DNA from: Lenisia limosa
Taxonomy: Eukaryota; Protista; Breviatea
DNA length: 48,753 bases
Assembly: GCA_001655205.1 (NCBI GenBank)
Contig: LPNZ01007964.1
Span: forward strand, 1-48,753
Reading direction: 5' to 3'
Shown here: in pieces, positions 38,001-48,753 of the stretch
Position numbering within the stretch: position 1 is the stretch's first letter
How the letters are laid out: each line of letters starts with the position of its first letter
Translations under genes and position numbers: made by a program
The notes under the pieces: model-generated
The model's input: the letters and a program-made list of their open reading frames with translations, nothing else
Databases searched by the model: none
Told to the model about the DNA's origin: nothing

Positions 38001-39250
38001 CAGATTGAACTTTGTTATGGCAAATATGTCAAGCAGTATCAGGTCAAAAATGGCAAGAAAACTGCAGCTGTCTTGGTAAGACGAATCACTTGTTCCCCTC
38101 GCAGTTTATTGGATTTCGTTCCCTCCATTTATTCTATTCTTACTTTCTTTTCTAGTTGGGATCTGCGATATCACCACCTCTTGCAATTGTAAGCCCCATT
38201 ATATTACTTTTATTGGTAAATCCTTGACACATTTTTATTATCTTTCTCTCCAAAGCCCTTCACCCCAAAAAAACAACAGGGAAAAAAAAAGTGAGTAGAC
38301 TAACCTCCCAGAATTATGACCTTGTGAACCCCCCACAAGATGACAAAGTACGTGTAATATATGACATATTACTACTACTATATGAAGAGCGCTAATAGCT
38401 CCAAAAAAAATATTCAAAGTATAAAATTATATTTTAGCTACATACTATATCATATCATATCATATAGTATACATATTTTTTTCTTTTCTTTTTTTTCTTG
38501 TTTTATCAGGTTGCTAAACAATTTTTTCTTTTCATCTCCATTTTGCAATCCCATTCTCTTACTCTTCAGTTGAGAACTGTTTTTTTTTTTTCATTTTCAC
38601 CTTTCTAGTGGCAAAATGCGCTGCATCGACCTTATGAACCATTCTACATTGAGCGATACGATAATGGAGATAAATGTGGCGCAACAGGTTTGANNNNNNN
38701 NNNNNNNNNNNNNNNNNNNNNNNNNNNNNNNNNNNNNNATGTCGTTTCCTTTCTGATAACCCCAATTTCGTAGTATTTAATGTCACAGAGACGCTTTTTT
38801 TTTTCCCTGTTGTTTTTTTTTGGCTTCCCAGAGATATGTCATCACCCCCCACAGGGGAACCGCGCACATGTGACGTGCGTTATGTGTGCGCTCATAATGG
38901 CCGAACAAACGTTGGCAGGGTTTTTTTAAAAAAATCTCAAGTTCTTCCTCTCAAAAACAATAATAGTTAGCTTGCTTGTTGCTGTTTGTCACTTCTTCAG
39001 ATCTTGGATATTTCCGAAACCTCGATATGCCACTACACCATCACCGTTGCCACTCCAATCGTGTGCTCAGACCCCCTTCTTTCCACTTCCTTGCATTCGG
39101 AGGAACAGTAGTTGGGTTTTCTTTCGTTTTCTTGACTTTGGTATGTTTCTTTTAATTTATTCCCGATTTTTTTAACAGATTGGTGGTTATTGGTATCAAT
39201 CTTTAAAGCTAATTTCAGTTTTTTACGACAAAGCACAGAGCAGAAAATAA
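35035..39250 (+). CDS. ERLEC1: ER lectin with signal peptide and two MRH (PRKCSH-like) domains, ERLEC1/OS-9 family; 3' end approximate
   Basis: Signal peptide MNLTSPLIVFLTLIACSLAS. MRH1: PCLNLTNDWQSFEVCPGESVSQ..SLGKY..FYDEGDLCYETKKPRNAEVRYIC..QEHLICSYIFFIETSAIC. MRH2: SCIHHSQGWQKIELCYGKYVKQY..YDNGDKCGATG..EPRTCDVRYVC..ISETSICHYTITVATPIVC. Confidence 0.82.
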
Positions 39251-39319
39251 CGTCATACATCTGAAATCAGCCACGATGATAAAACAGCCAAAAGGCAAAT
39301 CCACAGTCTAAGGGGAGGT

Positions 39320-42300
39320 CTACTTCTTCTTTCCGCGAACCTTCTTGTTTTTCTTCTTTTGAAGCTTTTTCTTAGCCAGAACAGCCTACAGGATAATCAG
39401 GGCGGTGGAGTTGTTTTGGACAATATGTCCGTAATTTCAGCACAAGACAGTATTTCAATACGCCGTTCCAACACTGTGTTGCTACCTAATGTTCTGGTTG
39501 CCCCCCCCCCCCCNNNNNNNNNNNNNNNNNNNNNNNNNNNNNNNNNNNNNNNNNNNNNNNNNNNNNNNAATCCTCATCCTCCTCCTAAACCGTCAGCAAT
39601 GGGCGGTTGGTGATGATGAAAGATTGAGATGAAGATCCGTGTGATTGTCATTCTGAGATCGCTAATTGGGCCATTCCCAACCCACGAATTTGGCGTTTGC
39701 CAGCTCCTCCATTGAAACGTCGTTGATGTCGGGGAGAGGACCGAGACAGAGACGGTCCTTGAAGTGATGGGCTACGGACGCTTCGTCCCAAAGCTGCCAC
39801 ACCTGGGAGGTGAAATGCCTGTTTCAATTTTATCCTCAATTGTGAAACCTCAAAAGCTTCAGTAACAAGAGACACTGAAATATAACTGCCCCCCCCCATC
39901 ATACTGCAAGCATTCCTTGTTCTCCGCCAAGAGCAACAGTGTAGGGGTTTGTGGGGTGGAAGGAAGACGTCATAATGCCTCCCTGAATCATTAGCATTAA
40001 ATGGCCATGAAATCATTTGCATTACGAAAATGTATAGAGGCATACCACAGCATTGAAAGACCTTGAAAGAACCGCGGTGGGTGACGGGCCGGAAATGTCC
40101 CAAACCTAAAGGGTAAAAATCCGAATTCAGTTATAAATGATAATAAAATCAAAGTACCTTATAATGTATTATTACAATATCCGTTTTGGGACCAAAATAA
40201 TCCCATAGCTCAACCTTGGCGGATTTGTCAAGGGACGTGGTAATAAGAAGTCCGGCAACTTTAGGCCTGGAAGAATAAAAGGATGAAGCGTGAGAGGCGA
40301 CTAAAACTTTCAAATTATTGCAAAAGAAGCCATATTGAAAGTGAACCCCAAGTCTACTGTCCATTAAAGACCCTTGCTCACGAGAAGGAGAGAGACGTGG
40401 TGGAAGTGGAGTGGGCATCGAACGTATAGAGAGGCTTGTTCTTGCGAGTGTCGAAGCAGAAGACGGTGCCGGTGTCGTTAGAGACGAAAAACTGGTCCTC
40501 GACAGTAGGGTTCCAAGCCAGGTTCTCAACGTCAGACTAGAAGGTGAGGCAAAGGGCCAGAAGGCGGTCGATTTGGACTCCAATGGTTTACTACTGAAGA
40601 AGCAGAAAAATGAGTTTGCTCAAACACGCTGACTAAATCATTCTTTCTTCTCATCAACGCTCAAACGTATGTATATAATTATGTAATAATGTGAGAATGT
40701 GTCATTTCTTGCCCAATGAACACTAATGTACATGCCTGGTACCTATGATAATGCTGATTATCAATATCAAGAGTCTGCTAGAGGAATGGCAAAGGTTCTT
40801 ACCATGACTTGGTATTTGAGAATGTCCTTGGGGGTGCGCATGTCCAGATAGCTTGCTGTGCGATCGAATGAACCTGGAAGAATAAAACAAAATATGAAGG
40901 GGGAGGGGGCTCCACTAAAACCCCAAAAGCAAACGGGGGTTGGGAAGAAGAAATGAAATAAGGTAACACGCCGACAAAGCAAGTACCCCCCAAGATAGGC
41001 TCTCTAACAAAGCAAAGTAAATCAGATGTAACATGGTAATTGTGAAACGTCCCTCAGATACAAAAACCATCGAAGCCTCTGAATGCTCTTATCAATAATG
41101 CATACCAGTTAGGAGGGAACTGGCCTTGGTAGGGTGCCATTTCACTGCCTGTATTGGTGAGGGTATATCATATTCATTGTATAGAATATCGGATATTCCC
41201 GAAATATCATATGTAGTAGTATTAATATATGAGATATATACCTTCAGTAGAGGCACATATTATAGGAAATAATAAAGGGAGATCTGACTGAAGCCGTCCA
41301 CATCATAATGTTTATTACGAGCTCAATATATTTAAGTTGCTCTAACATATTATATCAGATTATACAAAAGGAGAAACTGAGAGCATATTAAAAAAAAAGA
41401 AAAAAAGAAGAGGTAACAAGAAGAGATTCATTTGTAGGGATAAGAAATAAAAAGAGGCTGTATCGAGGTTAATCGAAAGAGCCAAAGAGATCGCCACAAA
41501 CCTGGACGGGAGCGGTATGGTGGTCGAAAGTCTGGACGACCTTCTGCTTAGTCACATCCCAGACCTTGACAGTCTTATCAGCTGAGCCTGAAGCAAGTGC
41601 AGTTCTACGTAAGAATAAATGGTTGCACTTGAAAAAAGAATGGTTTGCTTTTATAAACTTGACAAGATCAATAATATTCGTTTTTTGTTTCCAAAAAAAA
41701 ACCCCATCAACACCTCGCGCATACTTGAAGACCTTGTTCCAGTGGATACTGAGGACAGCGTCTGTGTGAGGACCAAGAGGGTCAACAACGGGCGCAGCAC
41801 CCTTCTTTTTCTTCTTAAGCTAACACGTAAGTGCAGACAACTCATATTAACATACTTCATTACGTACCTATCCATATTATAGCACTACATAGCAATGATA
41901 TGATGTGTAATTTTATGTTACATAATCGCATAATATATCATATGTTCATTTTATCACCATTGCATAATTTACACTCCCCTAAAGACAACTATTATCGATA
42001 AGTGATCCCCAACCAAAACGAACATTGTCCCCCATCCCGACTTGTCTGAACATCATATCTTCCACATTCTCAGCAACGCCAAGAACGGCAACAGGCTCAA
42101 CAGGCTCCTTGACATCCAGGTCCCAGATCTCAATATGGGGCATGAAAGATGACATCGCCAGGAAATTACCTTAGGAAAATAAACACAATTGAAGTGTTGA
42201 TAGTATATGATTAACCAAATGTAAACGCCAAAGCTGCCTTACCAGCAACATCGCCACCCAGGGGGTTAAGGTCGTTCCAGTCCACAGCAAGGGGGACCGA

Positions 42301-43571
42301 CGGGATTTGAATATCGTTGCGCACGTGCACAGTTGCGGTGTCCTCATTGTAGACTTGTACCCTGGGGCATTAATATGGGAAATATCCTGTGTTTTTTCCA
42401 TGTTATACAACCGAAAGATGATAATCAAAGATCTTCCTCAGCTCAAAATTTCCTTTGCCCAATAGTGATATTGCCTTCGCCCCCCCCCCCCCCCCNNNNN
42501 NNNNNNNNNNNNNNNNNNNNNNNNNNNNNNNNNNNNNNNNNNNNNNNNNNNNNNNNNNNNNNNNNNNNNNNNNNNNNNNNNNNNNNNNNNNNNNCCGCAT
42601 CGGCAGCGTCATCAACGTCGTCCTCATCCTGCGTTGTCAGTAATAGAATACTCCATTAGTTTGCCAATATGCTATTACTGCAGTTGGCATACAGGCAACA
42701 CCGATGTTTGAGACAAAACAAATAACAGATTGGTTATTTCATTTCATCTATCACAAACAATACAAAAACGTAACTTATGACTCCAGCAAACCGAGTCAAC
42801 GAAATGAGGGTCGTTTTCACCTCTCTTGTAATAGAGCATGTTTGAGATTGATGGGTCAAGAACCCGATCTACGGAGGTTAGCGAAAATATATATTTGAAT
42901 AATGTATCAATTTGCATTATTATAATCAAGCTTCATTCCAATTCAAAAAAATGACTGTTAAACAGATCATATCTACTTGTGCGGATTTGTTGACAACTCA
43001 GCCACTTAAAAGCATACACACCCAGCTTCTTCCACAAAACAATGTAAAAAACATACCATGAAGAGATGGACCTTCCTCTTCATCATCATAATCATCAAGA
43101 CCTAAAAAATGTCAAAATGCTCCACATAAAACAACAGTGACAAAAAGGACATCTCCGCTCTGACATACAAGCAGCACAATAAAAGAATGGGTTCAGGAGC
43201 CACCTACCATAAGTGTCAATGACGTCCTTGAGTTCTGAAGTCAACACACTGTGGTCTTTCTTCTTTTTCTTCACAGTCACCTCCTTGGAGGGCTCATCCT
43301 CATCGTCCATCTGATCTCCATTCTTCTCATCTCCGGAAGAATCAGTGTCTTCCCACTCCTCGTCGATAGTTTCGCTATAATTGAGTCATTTACAGTAACA
43401 TAAGTTAATTTAGCATTGTATGCACCTTAAGAAGGACACCTTACAAGCATACCCAATGAGACCTTGAGCATCCATTTTTTCCATCTCCTCAATTTCATTT
43501 ACACTCAACTCTTTTTCAATAAGAGTAGGATTGGCAGCGCCAGGAGGTACCCAGGCCAGTCCAGCGATCAT
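39320..43571 (-). CDS. PWP1: Periodic tryptophan protein 1 (WD40, ribosome biogenesis); 3' end approximate
   Basis: MIAGLAWVPPGAA; acidic region with GLDDYDDEE and DPHF; IPSVPLAVDW..GNFLAMSSFMPHIEIWDLDV..PVAVLG; HTDAVLSIHWN; LASGSADKTVKVWD; SDVENLAWNP..FDTRK..FDAH; Lys-rich tail. Confidence 0.92.
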
Positions 43572-43851
43572 AGTGAGACAACTAAACAAAGACTAACTTA
43601 TTCTCTATAAATATGCTCTAATTAATAACACACTAGGATGCAGAATGTCTAAAAGGGCCGTATTCCCATTATTTCTCAAAAAAGTAGAAGGATAAATCCG
43701 TGAATTTGCACAAGATTAATCCTTATCATCCTCACGTGACCTTCCCTTTTGTCTCGATTTATTTTTTTTACTCTTTCCTTTAGGATCTACCTGTTGAAGA
43801 AAACAGAGGTAAAATTAGCCTCTTTTGTTTTGTTTTTGACTTTAATAGACG

Positions 43852-44169
43852 ATGCCCAACCTTCTTAACACCCATCCCCGCAACTACGGCGCTGGCTCTC
43901 GCTCTTGGTAGGTAGAGCTCACCATAATGATACTGGAACTCTATTGGATAGGGCTAGTTGAAGTACTTTTTTAAAATGTGTGAGCTTCCTACTCGCGTCG
44001 CTCTTTGATGGCTGTTGAATATGTTTGACAGGCATTAGTGTGAAAAATAACCCATTTTAGCCGCGTCTGTGGTAACCACCACGGTATGATCCGCAAGTAC
44101 GGCCTCTTCATGTGCCGTCAGTGCTTCCGTCAGTATGCCAAGGACATTGGCTTCCTCAAGCTCCGTTAA
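43852..44169 (+). CDS. RPS29: 40S ribosomal protein S29 (uS14); exons 43852-43907 and 44061-44169, plus a probable 5'UTR intron at 43809-43848
   Basis: [19 protein letters not shown]|[35 protein letters not shown], with CxxC..CRQC zinc ligands. Confidence 0.98.
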
Positions 44170-44699
44170 ATACTTGTTGAGTTCACGCGCTTTCTAAGTG
44201 CACCTCTGTTCGATAGATGACTATCATCTTCATCAATTATGGCACGTTATTAGGGATATACTTGATTTTTGTATCCCTCATTTTTTTGTTTTTGTGTTCT
44301 TCGTGTTTTCTTCATGTTTGAAACATTTACCACGCATTTGTTGGAGTTATGTTGATTTCCTTATTTTCCTTTCGTAGGCATGTTTTTTATCTTCTATCTA
44401 CGCGTTGTGTTCTCTTCCCAAAACTATTTTTTGAGTATATTATTGTGATGGGGTGTATTCGCTGTATCTACTACCTGGCTGACATTAAAGGGGAGGAGGG
44501 GAATCTCAAGGGAATACTGGACAACTACTCAAATACGACGCACTTAACAAACAACCACCATGAGTGTTAGGATTGCTTTCTTCGCAAACCAAAATGATCT
44601 GTAGATCAGTTCCCCTTTTCACCCCTCTGCTCCCTTGCTCCTCCCTCTCTCATCTCAACAACAACACAAAAACAAAAGGACGTGTTTTGATCAGCACTG

Positions 44700-47630
44700 A
44701 AATTATATCAACCACAATCCTTCAAACCTCAGCTCTGCACGACCGTTACCGACCCTAAATGGGTGTAACATTGTAGGCCATACGGGTGATTGATACCTCT
44801 ACATATTAGTCATTCTTTCTGAAATGCTTTGAAATTAAACAGTTTAAATCAGCAACATATACCCTTGCTTTTACAGGAGCACATTATGTTCAGCCAAGGG
44901 GATATGGTGAATTATCTATCTCCTATGTTTACATCCTTTATTAGTATCTGGCTGAAACCTTGTCCACACTATAACGCTTATGTGAGATATTGGATTATAG
45001 CATGCGATCAATTCACCTACCCTTTTGCCTTACAGCTCTGTGTACACAGCTTTCTGCGCCCAAGACCAACAAGGATTTAGTAAATGAATAAAGACATGAG
45101 CCAGCACAGGCCCTTTTAGTCTGTAGAAGTGTTTAGTTAATGATTAAGGACATGAGCACCACATACTGTAACTGACCCTTTTAGTTTTAGTCTGTTTAAG
45201 AGTTTAGACCAGCACATATATCTGACCTTTAAATCATGTGCCAGCGTATATGACCCTTTTAGTCTGTACAAGTATTTAATTAATGAATAAGGACATGAGC
45301 CAGCACAATAGCTTACCTTTTAGTCTGTACTTTTGGGCGTCGGATGTTGCAGCTCGACTAGAGGCCTTGACCAAGGCCGTACAGAGTTTTGACCCTTTGG
45401 AAGTGTGCAGGGAGGGGGTTGACCCTTTGCTCAATCATTTGCATGACACACAGCTTTCTGCGTGCCTCCCCAGCATACCTACAAGGAGTAATATAGTAGT
45501 AGTATTACAATTTGAATAATATAACACTCGGAGGCTCCGGGAATTTGTCAATTGTTTGTTACCTCTCTATTGAGCACAGTATTTGCCTTACCCGACAAGG
45601 ATGGTAAATGGACAACATCAGTGGACTTCTACACTTTGATCCACAAAGCAGAAGAAATGGGTGCTGAGAGTAAGCGGTTTCATTCGATATGTTCTTTCTT
45701 GTTTACTGTTTTTGTTTTTCTTCTTTCACCCCTTCACCCCTTTCTCTGTCGGTTTTTGTTATTGTTATTATTGCCAACAGAGTCACCTTATTCACTATTT
45801 ACCCTATATTATAACGTTGCAGTCAACGAAGACATCTCCCAGTACTTCGCTGTTGTTAAGATGTCAGAACCCGAAAACTCAACTTGGATGGTTACTGATG
45901 ACGGTGGGATAACTTTAAGATCACCCTTCCTTGCTTTCAGAGTATTGAAAACACATTATCATGAAAACCGAACGATTATTTATTTGAAAAAATATATCAT
46001 AGTATAAGATGTATATATCATATCATATAGTATAGATATGCATATAATATACTATATAATATAGTATATCATATATATTACATACTAGTATATAAAACCT
46101 CGATTCATTTTGACCAATTTGTTCTCTACAGTGCTAAAAAATAAGGCCTTCTCAATTTGATCCATGTTGATATTTATTTCAGGATTATTGATGATAATGA
46201 GTGCGCACACATATATCTTTTTACTGTCACCTTTGGGACTTCATTTTTTAGTACTACGACATTATATTATTATATTTTGTTACTCAGCTATATTATAAAT
46301 GTATCTATCTTACTTTTTTTCATTGAGCATATCTCACCTGATATCTTATTATTTTAGGACAACTGTTTAGTGGAAGTAATATTCAGTCCTTAATTAGCCA
46401 GGTATGCAGCTGGTGTTTGTGTTTTTTTTCTTTTTGGATACAGTTTGGTGCCCATTCACCCTGAAAAACATCTCTAAGTACTTAGGTCACAATCTTTCGT
46501 TGTAAAAAGAACTACGTTGAAGCTGAGGTAAGGGGCTGAGCAGCGCTCGGAATACGTATTGATCTTATGCAGCTTATGTGGCGATAATTACTCCAGGGAT
46601 TGGTGTATCGTCTCGGTGATATTGTCTACAGATTGGGTACTCTTTCAATGGCGTGAGCGGATGAGAAATTGATATGTTGGGCATGATCCTAATGTTTTCA
46701 CCTTTTGTCTTCGCTTCTTCCCTTTGGAGAAACGGAAGAGTCGAAAGATGTATTTTTATTTATTATTTTAACTTTTCAGAGGCACATTGAAAGGTGTTGT
46801 TCTTGAGGTTTGTCAAGCAATACGAACAACAAGAGAGGTTTTCCTCATATGTTTTCCCTCTTATTGACAAATTAGATTGAATACCTCCCATTTTGTACCT
46901 TGGGTATCAACAAGGCCACCTTCCCTGACCAAATATTAGCAACTTTGCCTACACCGTGAGGATGAGGGATTACAAACAGGTCTTCGATATAAGAATAATG
47001 ATCATAGCTATGCTTCACTGTTTTAGATATCGAGACATGCCTGTGAAAGTTTTCAAGGTTTGCCCCGCTGTTTGACAAAGAACAGAACGATAGCCCAGAT
47101 ATCTGTTTCTCCTGGTCAAATCCTTTGATCCCTCTCACTTTGTAGCACTTCTTCAGTCCGCAGTTCAAAATCTTTTCTCATAAAAAGTCTGACCCCCCTA
47201 ACCAAGTGAGTTGAGTTTTTTTGAGAGCAGGGGATATAATAATAAGTAAATCTATTTCTGTTTTACACTGAAGAACAAAATTTTTATGGGGATGCAAAAA
47301 TAATCCTATGAAAAGTTGTAAAGGAACAATAATTACAGAAATTCGCATTTCGTTTTTACACCATGATCTATGATTGAATGATACCTAGGGGGGGCTTCAC
47401 TTCGGTTCGAAAAAAGACTGAATTTCTCGATAAGTCCTCGAAAACTACCGATTTTGCTGGTCTTTTTCGAACCGAAGTGAAGCCCTAATGGTACCCCAGC
47501 CCCAGCGGCCACAAATGATGATAGAATTCAAACCCGGGCAAGTTGCCCTTCAATGGGCACTTTTGCTTCAACACACACGACCCGTACCAGCACGACCAAC
47601 TTGACCATGGTTACCGCATCTTTCCGTGAG
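44700..47630 (+). CDS. Uncharacterised multi-exon protein; both ends uncertain, and interrupted by the insertion at 45044-45462
   Basis: Open exons between GT/AG sites: FALPDKDGKWTTSVDFYTLIHKAEEMGAE, NEDISQYFAVVKMSEPENSTWM, VTIFRCKKNYVEAE, IEYLPFCTLGINKATFPDQILATLPTP|YRDMPVKVFK|HFFSPQFKIFSHKKSDPPNQ|NSNPGKLPFNGHFCFNTHDPYQHDQLDHGYRIFP. Family not recognised. Confidence 0.45.
45044..45462 (+). repeat. About 400-bp degenerate minisatellite-like insertion bounded by 15-bp direct repeats
   Basis: acacagctttctgcg at 45044-45058 and 45448-45462. The interior has three copies of taatgaataaggacatgagccagcaca-like units and about six (tga)ccctttt(agtctgta) motifs. Confidence 0.8.
47392..47485. mobile_element. 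MITE (about 95-98 bp) with 23-bp perfect terminal inverted repeats
   Basis: gggcttcacttcggttcgaaaaa ... tttttcgaaccgaagtgaagccc, flanked by ta(gggg) on the left and ta on the right. Confidence 0.85.
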
Positions 47631-47822
47631 CCAAGTCCCATAATGTATTAGTTATGTGAATCAACTTTTGAAATTGAGAATTATCCATCATCCAATGGAT
47701 AATGCATCCTCTCTAAATGTGATTTTATGAACGGTGTTGGCCAAATGTAGTATCTCCTTTCACGAAATAATGAAAGAATAAATTTATAATGAAAAAAAAG
47801 TCCGTGAAGAAATCTCACACAT

Positions 47823-48753
47823 TCAGTAATGCATCAATGCTTCAAAAGACACTGAGTTCGAACTGCCCATTTCGTGTCGTTGTTCAGATCTAAATACATT
47901 TTCTTCCAATCCACAGAATCCAAATATCAGTCTACTGGATCTTACCCTTCGATTAGACACCAGAAAGACCGTCGTGTTGTTTGTGTTTTATCAAGAAAAT
48001 AATTCTCTGAGGCTGGTTTCGCATTATTTGCACTGTAACAACCCCCCCTCTCCCACTGATAAAAAAAACACGATTAGTGGTCCAAAACATAGACTATTTC
48101 ACATTAAATAGGGATACACGCAACAGTAGTTAGATCTAAAGTGTGAGAAATGGGAACTAGCGTGAGAAAAGGGGCATGGACATGTGCCTACCAAATTTCC
48201 GAAAATGGAGTCGTGTTCAATACAGAAGGATTCTACAATTCTTGTCTGATGGGTGGTATCCTAAAACTGTCAACAGAGGGCTTATGTTGAAAAAAAAATT
48301 CAAAAACAAATTTTATGTAAGAACATAGAAAAAACATCTCACTGCATCAAAAGAGTGGAAAAAAAAAAAAAAAACAATTTGGTAGGATGGCACATTGACA
48401 AGGGATAGCTCACCATCATAGTTTCCATTGTCTCGATTTCAGGCCTCAGAAGCGTGGGACCGAAAACAACACCAACGTTTTGAGGCGTCATTTTGTTGCT
48501 GCTGGCAAGAGCAGCGACCTGCGCGATTATAGGTTGGACAAACTGTAAAAAAAAAAAAACAAAAAAAAAACGAATTTCTCGGACAACCAAAGCTCGCATC
48601 AATTCAAGAAGAGATCACAGGCAGTTCTATGATCCTCATTTCTCCACTTCCAACAACGCACCCGCACACCTGGACCAGATAAGACATGAGGTAGACGAGG
48701 AGTCGCCGGTTGGCCAATGGCAGGCTTGCGAGGGTCTTTTTCACCGCTTCCAG
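47823..48753 (-). CDS. 3' part of a RhoGAP-domain protein; 5' end outside the window, stop position uncertain
   Basis: LEAVKKTLASLPLANRRLLVYLMSYL..AQVAALASSNKMTPQNVGVVFGPTLLRPE..DTTHQTRIVESFCIEHDSIFG is the RhoGAP C-terminal signature (Lp..N..L..L; NKMt..N...vFGPtl). Confidence 0.9.

Noticed and set aside
40873-41113. Box C/D snoRNA in a PWP1 intron (two CTGA boxes, guide resembling an 18S segment)
   Set aside because: The C box is poor (TTGATAA), there is no terminal stem, and the rRNA complement needs a bulge. It cannot be supported without this organism's rRNA.
41060-41150. Apparent MAPYQGQFPPN ORF with a splice-generated TGA (selenocysteine?)
   Set aside because: Wrong frame. The region is PWP1 exon AVKWHPTKASSLLTG spliced to GSFDRTAS, with no in-frame TGA.
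45081-45330. CRISPR-like array of about 28-bp repeats
   Set aside because: Only three degenerate copies with very unequal spacing, the spacers themselves contain shared repeats, there are no cas genes, and the context is an intron-rich eukaryotic gene.
1-48753. Alternative genetic code or U12-type introns
   Set aside because: The conserved domains translate without in-frame stops under the standard code, and I noticed no RTATCCTT donor at an intron boundary.

Overview
Gene-dense, intron-rich eukaryotic nuclear DNA with many introns of roughly 40-150 nt, GT-AG boundaries and the standard genetic code. A protist, possibly amoebozoan, is my inference. There are 10 N-gaps. I assembled exons by hand; the supplied single-frame ORFs are mostly exon fragments or antisense shadows. 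Recognisable genes in order: membrane-anchored atypical NAD-dependent epimerase/SDR (-), unknown propeller-like protein (+), UBE3D/HECT_2-type E3 (+), an unusual RING1-IBR + MYCBP2-type RING-Cys-relay E3 ligase (-), ankyrin/low-complexity protein (+), C2H2 zinc-finger protein (-), tRNA-Val(AAC) (-), Tim13 (+), Cys-rich zinc-finger protein (-), GCN5 HAT+bromodomain (-), DMT/PUP-like transporter (+), double-MRH ERLEC1/OS-9-like lectin (+), PWP1 (-), RPS29 (+), unknown gene carrying an insertion (+), and the 3' part of a RhoGAP (-). The most interesting items are: (1) the RBR/RCR hybrid E3 with both relay cysteines intact; (2) a two-copy family of about 100-bp TA-flanked MITEs; (3) a strand-biased pattern of G-runs after splice donors and C-runs before acceptors; (4) a highly structured RPS29 intron that buries its own 5' splice site; (5) a repeat-rich insertion bounded by a 15-bp direct repeat. 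Exon boundaries are manual and unverified by RNA data, and no database searches were run.
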